From NCBI GenBank assembly GCA_947085505.1, contig CAMTWI010000003.1, forward strand, positions 7,319-71,318: a DNA stretch of 64,000 bases, written 5' to 3'. Within the stretch, counting starts at the first letter, position 1. Each line of letters starts with the position of its first letter. The notes beneath the pieces were generated by a model. The model had not been told where the DNA came from, made no database searches, and saw only the letters and a program-made list of their open reading frames with translations. Shown here in pieces: positions 49,365 to 58,528 of this stretch. The position numbers and the translations under genes are program-made. The DNA is from an uncultured bacterium (GTDB lineage: Bacteria > Patescibacteriota > Minisyncoccia > Phycocordibacterales > Phycocordibacteraceae).

Positions 49365-49994
49365 ATGGCATCGACAAAGACAACACAATCGTTTGTGCCC
49401 GTGAAGGAAGTCCGTAACGGCGTGGTCGTACTTAAAAATGATGGGTACCGCGGCATTCTCATGTGCTCATCCATTAACTTCGCTCTTAAAGGGGAAGATG
49501 AGCAGCGTGCGATTATAGGCGGGTTCCAGAGCCTTTTGAATACTCTCGATTTTACGATTCAAATTGTTGTACATTCTCGGAAAACCGACATTCGGCCGTA
49601 CCTTGCCTTGCTTGAGACTCGTATGAAGGATCAAACAAGTGAACTCATGCGGCTACAGTTGCGCGAGTATATTGCGTTCATCAGGAACTTCATCGACTCG
49701 AGCGACATTATGACGAAGATGTTCTATGTGGTGGTGCCGTATTCGGCAGGTGGTGGTGGAGTTGGGAAAAGCACCCCCGCATTTCTTGGTGGAAGACCGG
49801 TACCCAAAGACAATGGCGGAGACGGGTTCGAAGAACACCGTGTGCAGCTCGAGCAGCGCATGTCACTTGTTGTGCAGGGACTCGCCTCAAGTGGTGTACG
49901 TGCGGTTCCGCTCGGGACTGAAGAGATAATTGAACTTCTGTACCGTTCGTTCAACCTTTCTGAGCTTGAGAATCCTATTCATCTTTCTGCATAA
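49365..49994 (+). CDS. VirB4-associated protein (VirB4/TraC N-terminal-like)
   Basis: SSINFALK..EQ, LNTLDFTIQI, FYVVVPY. Confidence 0.7.
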   Translation: MASTKTTQSFVPVKEVRNGVVVLKNDGYRGILMCSSINFALKGEDEQRAIIGGFQSLLNTLDFTIQIVVHSRKTDIRPYLALLETRMKDQTSELMRLQLREYIAFIRNFIDSSDIMTKMFYVVVPYSAGGGGVGKSTPAFLGGRPVPKDNGGDGFEEHRVQLEQRMSLVVQGLASSGVRAVPLGTEEIIELLYRSFNLSELENPIHLSA

Positions 49995-49997
49995 TCT

Positions 49998-51821
49998 ATG
50001 GCACTCCTCGACTTCCTTGGAAAGAATAAGAAAGAAGACGCGCCCGCGATAACGCCGGTGCTGCCAAAGGACATTTATGCAGAAGGGGAGCTAAAGCTTG
50101 CGGATGCTATTGCGCCTGCGGCTCTTAAAGTGGGGGCCCGAGAGCTTGAACTCGGCGAGAAGGTGTCTCGCTCGTTCTATACCATTTCGTATCCACGATT
50201 CTTGGTTGATAGCTGGTTCACGCCAATTATCAATCTCGATAAGGTATTCGATGTATCGATCTTCATTCATCCGGTAGAGACGGGGTCTGCACTCCGCGGA
50301 TTCCAGAAAAAAGTGGCCGAAATTGAGAGTCAGATTTCTGATAGGGAAGAGAAGGGGTTGGTGCGTGACCCAATGCTCGATACCGCGTACCGCGACCTCG
50401 AGCAGCTCCGCGACCAGTTGCAGCAGGCTGAGGAACACATCTTTGAGGTAGGTCTTTACATCACCCTCTACGGAAACTCGAAAGAGGACCTCGACAAGAT
50501 TGAGGGTGATGTGCGCGGCATCCTCGACGCAAAGCTTGTCTACACAAAGCCTGCCTTGTTCCAGCAGGAACAAGGATTCCGTTCTACGTTGCCACTTGCT
50601 ACCGACGAACTCATGGTTACGAGCAAGCTCAACTCGTCACCGCTTTCTTCAATATTCCCATTCGTCTCCTTCGACCTTACGAGCGATCGCGGCATTCTCT
50701 ACGGCATCAATCGCCATAACGCGTCCTTGATCCTCTTTGATCGCTTCTCGCTTGAGAACTACAACTCGGTGGTGTTTGCAAAGTCTGGTTCCGGAAAGTC
50801 CTACGCAGTGAAGCTCGAAATTCTTCGCTCTCTCATGTTTGGGTCGGATGTTATTGTCATCGACCCTGAGCGCGAATACGAGAACCTCGCGTCTGCAACT
50901 GGGGGACGCACCTTTAACATCTCGCTCTCCTCTGAACATCACATCAATCCGTTTGATCTTCCGCCCGTTAAAGAGGACGAGGAGCCGTCCGACATTCTTC
51001 GTTCAAACATCATTAACCTTGTTGGTCTCTTCCGCATCATGCTTGGGGGACTAACCCCTGAGGAGGATGCGATTGTTGATCGCGCTATTACAGAGACCTA
51101 TGCCCTTAAAGACATTACGGGTGATGCGGACTTCACGGGTGTAGAGCCACCACTTCTTTCAGACTTTGAGAACGTCCTTTCAGGGATGGAGGGCTCGGAA
51201 TCCCTTGTTATACGCCTTTCCAAGTACACGCACGGCACCTGGGCGGGATTCATAAATCAACCAACCAACATCGATATCAACAAGCAGTTCATTGTGTTCT
51301 CGGTGCGCGATATGGAGGACGAGTTGAAGCCGGTAGCGATGTACATCATTACGCACTTCATCTGGAACGCGGTGCGACACGAGCTCAAGAAGCGCCTTCT
51401 CGTCATCGACGAGGCCTGGTGGATGATGAAGTCGGAAGATACAGCGTCTTTCCTCTACAGCGTCGCGAAGCGCGGACGTAAGTACTATCTCGGTGTCGCG
51501 ACCATAACCCAGGATGTGGAGGACTTCTTGAAGAGCCCGTATGGTCGACCAATCCTCACAAACTCCTCAATGCAACTTTTGTTGAAGCAGTCTCCAACAA
51601 CAATCAATGTGCTTAAAGAGACTTTCAACCTAACCGATGAGGAGAAGTTCTTGCTCCTTGAGTCAGGTGTGGGGGAGGGACTCTTCTTTGCAGGACTTAA
51701 GCACGTCGCGATTAAGATCGTTGCTTCCTATACTGAAGACCAAATCATAACCTCAGACCCGTCGCAGCTTCTCCAGATCAGGCAGGAAAAGGCAAGGAAC
51801 GACGCAGGGCTCGTAGCCTAG
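49998..51821 (+). CDS. VirB4-like T4SS ATPase
   Basis: AKSGSGKS Walker A, IDPERE, INPFD, VIDEAW, RGRKY, TITQ. Confidence 0.9.
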   Translation: MALLDFLGKNKKEDAPAITPVLPKDIYAEGELKLADAIAPAALKVGARELELGEKVSRSFYTISYPRFLVDSWFTPIINLDKVFDVSIFIHPVETGSALRGFQKKVAEIESQISDREEKGLVRDPMLDTAYRDLEQLRDQLQQAEEHIFEVGLYITLYGNSKEDLDKIEGDVRGILDAKLVYTKPALFQQEQGFRSTLPLATDELMVTSKLNSSPLSSIFPFVSFDLTSDRGILYGINRHNASLILFDRFSLENYNSVVFAKSGSGKSYAVKLEILRSLMFGSDVIVIDPEREYENLASATGGRTFNISLSSEHHINPFDLPPVKEDEEPSDILRSNIINLVGLFRIMLGGLTPEEDAIVDRAITETYALKDITGDADFTGVEPPLLSDFENVLSGMEGSESLVIRLSKYTHGTWAGFINQPTNIDINKQFIVFSVRDMEDELKPVAMYIITHFIWNAVRHELKKRLLVIDEAWWMMKSEDTASFLYSVAKRGRKYYLGVATITQDVEDFLKSPYGRPILTNSSMQLLLKQSPTTINVLKETFNLTDEEKFLLLESGVGEGLFFAGLKHVAIKIVASYTEDQIITSDPSQLLQIRQEKARNDAGLVA

Positions 51822-51824
51822 CGT

Positions 51825-52328
51825 ATGGAAAAGAAGCATAAGATAGGAAATGTAACGGCCGGCATGATGATCGTGACGGCACTTATTGTTGATGCGGTCC
51901 AGGCATTGCTTACGTTCTCTGTTTTCCTTCTTCCTCTCTCTGTTCTTATAACGTTTATGGCAGCGACGATGTTCTTTCTCTGGTTTGCACTGTCCGGTGT
52001 GAAGTATGTGGGGAGTGGTGGAGGAAAGAAGCTTCTTATCGCACTTGCCTCAACAGTTGCTGAGCTCGTGCCGGTAGTTAATGTCATCCCCGCAACGACA
52101 GCAGGTGTTATTGGTATCATCGTTCAGACTCGTATTGAGGATGCTCGGGCACAAGCAGGAGGGAAAGTCACACCGCGCACAGCTATGGCTTCGGCGAGAC
52201 TACAAAAAATGAATCAGGCACGGGCTGCACGGGAAGACAGCGCCCGTGAAGGAAGAGAAGGAGCCCAACAGGCACGACACACCCCCGCAAATGACACTTC
52301 TGCCCACAATACTAGCGAAGCCGCATAA
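51825..52328 (+). CDS. Membrane hypothetical protein
   Basis: Multiple TMs, ELVPVVNVIP motif. Confidence 0.7.
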   Translation: MEKKHKIGNVTAGMMIVTALIVDAVQALLTFSVFLLPLSVLITFMAATMFFLWFALSGVKYVGSGGGKKLLIALASTVAELVPVVNVIPATTAGVIGIIVQTRIEDARAQAGGKVTPRTAMASARLQKMNQARAAREDSAREGREGAQQARHTPANDTSAHNTSEAA

Positions 52329-52375
52329 GATACCCCCGCGTAGGCACGCGCTCCCACACCGCTTCGGTATATACT

Positions 52376-53368
52376 ATGTATATGATACGCGTTGTGCTTC
52401 TCGCTTTTGTCTTCGCCGGCTCCTTTCTTGGCGTCTCGCATGCTCAAGGTATTCCAAACAGCACCGAGCCGCTTACGCTATCGGTATCTCCTGAATATCC
52501 TCGTCCTTACCAAACCGTTACTGTCTCCCCCCGAAGTAGTCTTCTTGACCTCTCGGCGAGTACGGTACGGATATCGGTTAATGGAACTACTGTCTATGAA
52601 GGAAGTGGCACCCAGGCTACAAGTGTGCGAGCAGGGGGCCTTGGAGAGCGCACAACCATAACGGTGTCGGTTACGGATCCTTCTGGCCGTGTCTATACCA
52701 AACAGCAAGTCTTGCGACCGGCAGAGGTGTCCTTGGTGCTTGAACCGGCATCAACCATGCACCCGTTCTACCAGGGAGGGGGACTCGTTGCATCAGAGGG
52801 GCGTGTGCGTCTTGTGGCGCTTGCTGATCTGCGCAGTGCACCAGGAACTCGTCTCCCAAGCTCAAGCCTCGTCTATACCTGGCGACTTGGAAGCCGTGTA
52901 CTAACGGACATGTCGGGTATAGGAAAGTCCACGCTCCTCGCAACCGCACCGGTTCGATACCGCAATGCCGATATCTCTGTTACGGTTACGAGCCCGGACA
53001 ACACACTCGTTGGCGAGGCACGCACACTTGTATCAGCGGTCGATCCTGTGGCGCGTATATATAGGAACGACCCGCTCCTTGGCCCTAACTTTGATGTCGC
53101 TCTCACCGATCGCTTCTCGATGCCTGACACTGAGACAACCTTCCGCGCTGTTGGATACTTCTTTGCCGTGCCACCAACATTTTCGTGGACGGTTAACAAA
53201 GCAACCAATGGAACTGACAAAGACATAACTGTGCGCGCAACTGGAAACGGGCAGGGTACCGCACGGATCGGCCTTACAGCGACCGAAGTCGCTGCCAGAC
53301 GCAGTGCGGATACTGCGGTTACTGTAGACTTCGGACGATCTACTGGCTTTGGCTTCTTTGGCCTATAA
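52376..53368 (+). CDS. Secreted Ig-like beta-sandwich protein
   Basis: Signal peptide, beta-rich repeats with YTW/FSW. Confidence 0.7.
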   Translation: MYMIRVVLLAFVFAGSFLGVSHAQGIPNSTEPLTLSVSPEYPRPYQTVTVSPRSSLLDLSASTVRISVNGTTVYEGSGTQATSVRAGGLGERTTITVSVTDPSGRVYTKQQVLRPAEVSLVLEPASTMHPFYQGGGLVASEGRVRLVALADLRSAPGTRLPSSSLVYTWRLGSRVLTDMSGIGKSTLLATAPVRYRNADISVTVTSPDNTLVGEARTLVSAVDPVARIYRNDPLLGPNFDVALTDRFSMPDTETTFRAVGYFFAVPPTFSWTVNKATNGTDKDITVRATGNGQGTARIGLTATEVAARRSADTAVTVDFGRSTGFGFFGL

Positions 53369-53372
53369 CCCT

Positions 53373-54383
53373 ATGAAATATCTCACTTTTCTCATACTTT
53401 TCCTCGGCCTTCCACTGCTCGCGTTTGCGCAGACGACAACCGGAGCCGTAAACACGGACACCAGTTTTGTTCCACTCACGAACATTCCGTTCCTTACCGA
53501 AACAGGAAACTCCTTCAGTCTTGATTCGTTTTTAAACGGGCTTTATCGCATAAGTATCGGTATCGCTGCTGTTGTTGCGGTCCTTCAGATCATGCGCGCG
53601 GGCATTATGTATATGGGCAGCGATAGTGGATTCGCTGAGAAAAAAGAGGCGAAGAATCTTATAGCACTCTCGATAGGCGGCCTTATTCTTGTGCTTTCAC
53701 CGGTGGTTGTGTTCTCCGTTATTAATCCTGAGATTCTTAATCTTAAGATAGGGAATATCGAGAAACTTAAACCCATTGAGTCTGCTGAACCTCGTAGAGT
53801 AATTGAGGTTGCGTCGGCAAGTGACTGTAGAGAGCAAGGAGGCGTAGTTGAGTCACAGGGACCACCAGTAACCTGTTCTGTACCAGCGGATTCTGATGCG
53901 GGCCGAGAAGCGACTTCCTGTGCCACCTTTAACAATCCTCCTGAGTCTCCAATTATTGTGGGCGGGAATTGTGCACTCGAGCTTAGTGAAAGTTACGTAA
54001 GAATTGATAATGCCTGTTGCGCCGGTATTCAGCAGGGAAATATTTGCTGTGGAAAAAGCGAAAGCTCAGGTGAGCAAGCGCCACGCGTCTTCCTTGATCA
54101 GCCGCTCATCTACTACAGCTATCAAGAGTACGACCGTGTAGAAAATAAAGGTAGGTTTGTTGGTGTGGTTCCGAACCATGCCGCGAGGGTTACTAGTTTT
54201 AGAAATGCTTGCACTGCAGCGGGCAGAGAAGTAGAGACAGATCGTGACGATAACTGGGCTGAGCGTTTTATCCTGGCTCGATGGGGAAGCTGTCCAGGGG
54301 ACACAGGTGTTCCTGCTAGTACAGGAAACACGAACACAGAGTATCAGTGTGAAGATAGAAGAGCTGTCTGTAAGACGAATTAA
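53373..54383 (+). CDS. VirB2/TrbC-like pilin with Cys-rich C-terminal extension
   Basis: Signal peptide, two-TM pilin core (AGIMYM..AK..IGGLIL..INP), many Cys. Confidence 0.7.
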   Translation: MKYLTFLILFLGLPLLAFAQTTTGAVNTDTSFVPLTNIPFLTETGNSFSLDSFLNGLYRISIGIAAVVAVLQIMRAGIMYMGSDSGFAEKKEAKNLIALSIGGLILVLSPVVVFSVINPEILNLKIGNIEKLKPIESAEPRRVIEVASASDCREQGGVVESQGPPVTCSVPADSDAGREATSCATFNNPPESPIIVGGNCALELSESYVRIDNACCAGIQQGNICCGKSESSGEQAPRVFLDQPLIYYSYQEYDRVENKGRFVGVVPNHAARVTSFRNACTAAGREVETDRDDNWAERFILARWGSCPGDTGVPASTGNTNTEYQCEDRRAVCKTN

Positions 54384-55603
54384 TGCAGCCTATGAACCGC
54401 CGCATCCTCATCATTGTCGCCAGCATCGTAGTTGTACTCGGCCTGCTTGTTGGTGCGTACTTCCTCTTCTTTAACAACCCGACTCTCTCGGTTGGAGTAC
54501 CAAGTAACCCCTTCGGTTCGAGTGGGAATCGCACAGAAACCGAACTTCTCAGTCCAGACGGGCAACCCACTCGAGGGGCTGGGACAGTTGTGGCACCCCG
54601 TCTTATACGTATTAGCGACGCACCTGTCGCCAAGGGCGCTGTAGCACTTTATATCCCGCCAGTACCTGCAGCGACTTCTACAGAGCCTGGTATACCTGCT
54701 GATACTGAGATTCGCTTCATAGAGCGCCAGAGCGGGAACATCTACGCATTCAGGGTCCATGATCGTGTGCTTACCCGTATTTCAAACCGCACACTTCCGG
54801 GTATACAGGAAGCAGCTTGGACCACAGACGGCGGTCGTGCATTCGTTCGCTACCTAACACGATCAACTGATGGTACAGAGCGTGTTGATACCTACATGCT
54901 CCCAGCTGATGGTGGAGAAGGGTACTTCCTTGAGCAGGATCTCGAGCAGGTTGCTGTACGAGCCACAAGCACGGTGTTCTCACTCCTTCCGAGCACGTCT
55001 GGATCCATTGGGTCTTTGTCTTCTCCAGACGGAACAAACGTACGAACACTCTTTACGTCAGCGCTTTCACGACTACGTGCAGGATTCTCTGGTGCAAACA
55101 TTGTTGCAACCACCAAAGCCTCGAGCGGGCTTGATGGATATTCGTTCCTTGTGGACGGCGGGTCATTCACGCGCATCCTGGGGCCCCTCAGGGGACTTGC
55201 AACCCTTCCAAACCAAGAAGGGACATCAGTCCTCTACAGCCATGTAGATGCCAATCGCACCTACCTGCAAGTACTTGACCTCGCAACAAGAAACGCAACG
55301 GCACTTCCGCTCGTTACGCTCGTAGAGAAATGCGTGTGGGAACCAGGAGGCAGGGCAGTGTATTGCGGTGTACCAACCGCACTCGCAGGCAACGTTCCAG
55401 ACGAATGGTATCAAGGCGCTAAAACATTCTCTGACCGCATCTGGCGCATCGATTTAGATACCCGTCTCGCAACACTTGTCGTTGACCCAGGACAAGTGGC
55501 AAATGTGGCCATTGACGCGATTGCGCTCACAATTGATTCGAAGGGTGATGTCCTTGTCTTTACAAACAAGAAAGACGGCACGCTCTGGGTATACGACCTT
55601 TAA
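54383..55603 (+). CDS. Membrane-anchored beta-propeller-like protein
   Basis: N-terminal TM, TolB/WD-like repeats, KCVW..YCGVP..WYQG. Confidence 0.7.
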   Translation: MQPMNRRILIIVASIVVVLGLLVGAYFLFFNNPTLSVGVPSNPFGSSGNRTETELLSPDGQPTRGAGTVVAPRLIRISDAPVAKGAVALYIPPVPAATSTEPGIPADTEIRFIERQSGNIYAFRVHDRVLTRISNRTLPGIQEAAWTTDGGRAFVRYLTRSTDGTERVDTYMLPADGGEGYFLEQDLEQVAVRATSTVFSLLPSTSGSIGSLSSPDGTNVRTLFTSALSRLRAGFSGANIVATTKASSGLDGYSFLVDGGSFTRILGPLRGLATLPNQEGTSVLYSHVDANRTYLQVLDLATRNATALPLVTLVEKCVWEPGGRAVYCGVPTALAGNVPDEWYQGAKTFSDRIWRIDLDTRLATLVVDPGQVANVAIDAIALTIDSKGDVLVFTNKKDGTLWVYDL

Positions 55604-55604
55604 G

Positions 55605-55646
55605 AAATAGCAAAAGGGCCCGTATATACGGGCCCTTTTGCTATTT
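55605..55646. terminator. Perfect 42-bp palindrome, bidirectional terminator
   Basis: AAATAGCAAAAGGGCCCGTAT|ATACGGGCCCTTTTGCTATTT between convergent genes. Confidence 0.8.
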
Positions 55647-56378
55647 AACTGCGACGAGCTCTATCTTCTTTCGGCGGATAATAAATTCCTGAAGAACACC
55701 TACCAGGTTGCTCGTTATAAAGTAGAGAGCGATGGCAACCGAGGTGTAGTACGCAGCAACACCTATGAACACCGGGAGCATAAATCGCATCTGGAGCGCG
55801 AGCGAGCGTCCAAAGTCTGCCTGCATGTCCGTTCCTGGTTTCTTTGTACTCTTCTCAGGAACAGGTATTGCATACCAACCGTATGCGAACTGAGTGACTG
55901 CAGCGATAAGTGCAAGAATAATGCTCGCTCCCGTAACCGCAAAAACCCCCAAGAAGAGTGGCGCGATAGCGAGTGGAGCCGGAACGAATGAATAAAGAAT
56001 AGAAGCATCAACCGTAAGGAGGGTCTTGTTGTTGAACACCCAGTAGAGCGCAATAACAATCGGGAGCTGGATGATGAGTGTGAGAAGCCCTGCGAATGGA
56101 TTCACCCCATACTTCTTGTAAAGTGCGAACATTTCTTTCGCCTGGTTCTCTTTATCATCCTTGAGCTTCTCACGAATCTCTTTCATCTCTGGCTCAATGG
56201 CCTTGATTGCTCGCTGGGTGCGGAGTGCCGCGAACGAGAGCGGCATAAGGATGACTTTAACGATCAAGGTTGCCACAACCACCGCCAAACCAATATCCTG
56301 CCCAGGCAGGATATCTGTAAGGAACATGAGGAGGTTATAAATCGGCGCGTAGAGAACAGTATGGAAGAAGGACATCAT
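55641..56378 (-). CDS. yidC: Membrane protein insertase YidC (short form)
   Basis: LYKKYGVNPFAG..IQLPI..LYFI; canonical synteny. Confidence 0.93.
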   Translation of the reverse strand: MMSFFHTVLYAPIYNLLMFLTDILPGQDIGLAVVVATLIVKVILMPLSFAALRTQRAIKAIEPEMKEIREKLKDDKENQAKEMFALYKKYGVNPFAGLLTLIIQLPIVIALYWVFNNKTLLTVDASILYSFVPAPLAIAPLFLGVFAVTGASIILALIAAVTQFAYGWYAIPVPEKSTKKPGTDMQADFGRSLALQMRFMLPVFIGVAAYYTSVAIALYFITSNLVGVLQEFIIRRKKIELVAVK

Positions 56379-56389
56379 GGAAGTTCAGT

Positions 56390-56716
56390 CTACCGCACTT
56401 CAGGGAAGGCGCGAGCGAGTAGATCTTCCAGCTCTTCCTTGAGAACAGGGAAGGGAAGGGTCTGGCTTCCTGGGCGAGCATAGATAATGAGCGCGCGAGT
56501 GGGAAGACACCAGGGTTTGAGCACCGAAAGGACCCGACGCTTCAGGAGATGCCGTCCAACGGACAATTTTGAGACCTTTTTAGAGACAACAACTGCACAA
56601 CCGCCTTCGATCTGATTTTCCCGTATGGATAGGGAAAAATGGCTTGAAACAAGCCTTTTTTCAGGTCCAGTAGGCGCAAAGTGCGCCCGAGTGAGGCGCA
56701 ATTTACGTGGAATCAT
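56390..56716 (-). CDS. rnpA: RNase P protein
   Basis: VVVSKKV..GRHLLKRR; between rpmH and yidC. Confidence 0.88.
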   Translation of the reverse strand: MIPRKLRLTRAHFAPTGPEKRLVSSHFSLSIRENQIEGGCAVVVSKKVSKLSVGRHLLKRRVLSVLKPWCLPTRALIIYARPGSQTLPFPVLKEELEDLLARAFPEVR

Positions 56717-56853
56717 TAGACAGTGAGCTTCGAGCGACCCTTGCGACGACGGCGAAGGAGAACGGCACGTCCTGTAGGGGTGCTCGTACGAGCACGGAAG
56801 CCGTGCGTACGCGCGCGCTTACGCTTTTTCGGCTGATAGGTGCGCTTTGGCAT
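56716..56853 (-). CDS. rpmH: 50S ribosomal protein L34 (not in ORF track)
   Basis: Hand translation [45 protein letters not shown]. Confidence 0.95.
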   Translation of the reverse strand: MPKRTYQPKKRKRARTHGFRARTSTPTGRAVLLRRRRKGRSKLTV

Positions 56854-56937
56854 ATGCACAGGATACTAACAGGTTGACGAGAGAGTAGCAAGTAAATGCC
56901 TTATAGGTGCCCTAGTCGCACATTTTTGAAACGTCCG

Positions 56938-56951
56938 TATACTTATCCACA
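56938..56951 (+). promoter_or_regulatory. dnaA -10 box overlapping a perfect DnaA box
   Basis: TATACT overlapping TTATCCACA, 2 nt before ATG. Confidence 0.75.
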
Positions 56952-56953
56952 CG

Positions 56954-58303
56954 ATGAATAGACTTGATGCGCGGGAACTCTGGGAATACACCCTCACGCA
57001 GGTGGAGCTCTCCATTTCTCCCGCTAACTTCAACACCTGGTTCCGCGACAGCTCGATAGTAAAGATTGAAGAGGGGATTGTATACATTGGCGTTCCGAGC
57101 CAGTTCTTCCGTGATTGGTACTTAAAGAAGTTCAATATGCTTCTTCTGAAAATCATTCGCGGGGTCTCTCACGAGTACCGAAATATCGAGTACATGATCG
57201 TAAAAGACGATCGCCGACGTCCCAAGGAACCTCGCCATAAGCCACAGCAAACGGTTGAGATGCCGCTCGACGAGTTCTATATAAACAAGAGCGACGGCCT
57301 AAATCCTCGGTATACCTTCGATACGTTCGTCGTTGGTTCCTTCAACGAACTCGCGCACACTGCCGCTCAGGCCGCTCTGAAGCGCCCAGGAATCATGTAT
57401 AACCCTCTGTTTATCTACGGAGACACCGGAAGAGGGAAGACACACTTGATCCAGGCTATCGGGAACCAGTTCAAGAAGCTCTATCCAGGGCGAAAAGTGT
57501 ACTACTTAACAGCAGAAACCTTCGGCCAGGACTATACAAACTCTATCCAAGCTGGAAATACCAACCGTTTCAAAGAAAAGTACCGCCAGTACGATCTGTT
57601 GATCATGGACGACATCCAGTTCTTCTCGAAGAAGGATAAAACACAGGAAGAACTGTTCCATCTCTTCAACGCCCTCTACGACAACAACAAACAGATCCTA
57701 TTCTCCTCTGATAGGGCACCAGCAGCGATCCCTGATATCGCAGACAGGCTCCGCGGCCGCTTTGCTGCCGGTATGTCAATTGATATTGGAGAACCAGACA
57801 CTGAAAGCCGCATGGCTATCGTCCGAAAAAAAGCGGCATCACACGGCGTCTATCTCTCGGACGAGGTTATCGAGCACATTGCGACCTCTATCTCAGGTTC
57901 AATTCGCGAGCTAGAAGGGGTCATCAACAGCGTGGTCTGTCATACCCAAGTGAAAGGTGTTCCACCAGACCTCGCAGAAGTTCGTCATTCGCTCCGCTCC
58001 TTTGCACGTCCGCAGAAAACAGTCTCTGTGAAGCATGTGGTGTCTAAGGTTGCTGAGTTCTACGGCATTGATGAGGAGAGTATCTATGAGAAGACTCGTA
58101 GAAGGGAAGTAGTGCGTCCTCGACAAGTAATCATGTATCTACTCAGAGAGGACTTCAACGCCTCGTACCCAACCATAGGGTCAAAGCTTGGTGGCAGGGA
58201 CCACACAACCGTCATTCATTCATGCGAGAAGGTAAAGCGAGAAATAATAGTTGACCCAGACCTTGCAAAAGAGATCCAAGATATTAGAAGTCTGTTGGTA
58301 TAG
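56954..58303 (+). CDS. dnaA: Replication initiator DnaA
   Basis: YTFDTFV, NPLFIYG..GKTHL, DDIQF, GGRDHTTV. Confidence 0.97.
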   Translation: MNRLDARELWEYTLTQVELSISPANFNTWFRDSSIVKIEEGIVYIGVPSQFFRDWYLKKFNMLLLKIIRGVSHEYRNIEYMIVKDDRRRPKEPRHKPQQTVEMPLDEFYINKSDGLNPRYTFDTFVVGSFNELAHTAAQAALKRPGIMYNPLFIYGDTGRGKTHLIQAIGNQFKKLYPGRKVYYLTAETFGQDYTNSIQAGNTNRFKEKYRQYDLLIMDDIQFFSKKDKTQEELFHLFNALYDNNKQILFSSDRAPAAIPDIADRLRGRFAAGMSIDIGEPDTESRMAIVRKKAASHGVYLSDEVIEHIATSISGSIRELEGVINSVVCHTQVKGVPPDLAEVRHSLRSFARPQKTVSVKHVVSKVAEFYGIDEESIYEKTRRREVVRPRQVIMYLLREDFNASYPTIGSKLGGRDHTTVIHSCEKVKREIIVDPDLAKEIQDIRSLLV

Positions 58304-58528
58304 TTGGGGAAAACCTATGGATAACCTTCGAAGAAACACGGGGACATGTAGGGGAAAGAAGGGTTTCCGAGAGGACAACAATTTGTTATCCCCAGAACAT
58401 CTCGTCCAGACGAGGCCGCCCTCAACAGGTTGTTTCCGAGTGAAGCGTCTTAATAGAGCCAGTCTATTGAACGGAAGGGGTTGTCCCCCGTGTCCACACC
58501 CCTAATAATAGGACTATGATTATTACTT
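58304..58528. other. oriC candidate (dnaA-dnaN intergenic)
   Basis: DnaA-box-like TATGGATAA, TTATCCCCA, TTGTCCCCC, GTGTCCACA, then CCC and CTA/ATA/TTA triplets. Confidence 0.75.
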
